Shown here: positions 63,631-64,000 of the stretch, one piece after another
How positions within the stretch are numbered: the first letter of the stretch is position 1
Layout of the letters: every line of letters begins with the position of its first letter
NCBI GenBank assembly: GCA_047602425.1
Contig: JASGHG010000001.1
Coordinates: 3,968,001-4,032,000 of the forward strand
Direction: 5' to 3'
Length of the DNA: 64,000 nucleotides
Source: Nibricoccus sp.
GTDB lineage: Bacteria; Verrucomicrobiota; Verrucomicrobiia; Opitutales; Opitutaceae
The notes under the pieces: model-generated
Database searches by the model: none
What the model saw: only the letters and a program-made list of their open reading frames with translations
Told to the model about the DNA's origin: nothing
Program-made: the position numbers and the translations under genes

Positions 63631-64000
63631 ATGACTTGGACCGACCTCATTGGCGTATTCCTGCTTGGCCTGACCGGCACGGGGCATTGCCTGGGCATGT
63701 GCGGAGCGTTTGCGCTGGCGGTGTCGGCGGGGTCGAAGCGACCGGTGGGCATCGTTGCGCGGCAGGCGGTCTACCATTTCGGGAAAGCAACATCGTACGC
63801 CTTTATCGGCGTGGTGTTGTTGCTGGCGAGTCGTTGGGTGGCGGCGCAGGGCGCGCTGGCGCATTTTCAGAACCTGCTCGGCTGGGTCGTGGGGCTGGTG
63901 ATGATCGCAATGGGCCTTGCGTACGTATTTGAGCTGCGACTTCCATCCAAAGCCCTGGCTTGGTGGCAAGGCAGTCAGGTTTGCGGTGCGCTCGGTGGAC
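63631..64000 (+). CDS. DsbD_2 / TauE-SafE-like membrane protein (runs off window end)
   Basis: Manual translation MTWTDLIGVFLLGLTGTGHCLGMCGAF...YHFGKATSYAFIG; HCxGMCG motif. Confidence 0.85.
   Translation, partial: MTWTDLIGVFLLGLTGTGHCLGMCGAFALAVSAGSKRPVGIVARQAVYHFGKATSYAFIGVVLLLASRWVAAQGALAHFQNLLGWVVGLVMIAMGLAYVFELRLPSKALAWWQGSQVCGALGG

Noticed and set aside
63232..63969. 245-aa minus ORF with SSP repeats
   Set aside because: Created by the 9-nt tandem tract and by antisense overlap with the HCxGMCG membrane gene.

Overview
GC-rich bacterial chromosomal window. The gene content and protein style suggest Verrucomicrobiota, probably Opitutaceae (inference, not a database result). Most of it is housekeeping and signalling: manC-ruvX-truA-comF-accD-folC, rlmJ, ispH, a PiT/DUF47 phosphate operon with a Pho-box-like triple repeat, tRNA-Pro(GGG), ligA, menD, hemH, apaG, several sensor kinases and a propeller-lyase/GH105 fusion CAZyme. 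The stand-out region is an accessory island at ~18.6-26.1 kb. On the minus strand it reads: large N6-adenine methyltransferase (one frameshift), then a PD-(D/E)xK-like nuclease, then an array of 14 degenerate units at an exact 21-nt period with no intact ORF, then a small basic coiled-coil protein and a terminator. A complete IS66 with an 8-bp target duplication has inserted into the array, and the 21-nt register is continuous once the IS is removed. Other points of interest are a dispersed TGTCA-N9-TGACA palindrome (5 copies), an H-NS-like candidate nucleoid protein, and three single-point frameshifts that may be assembly errors.
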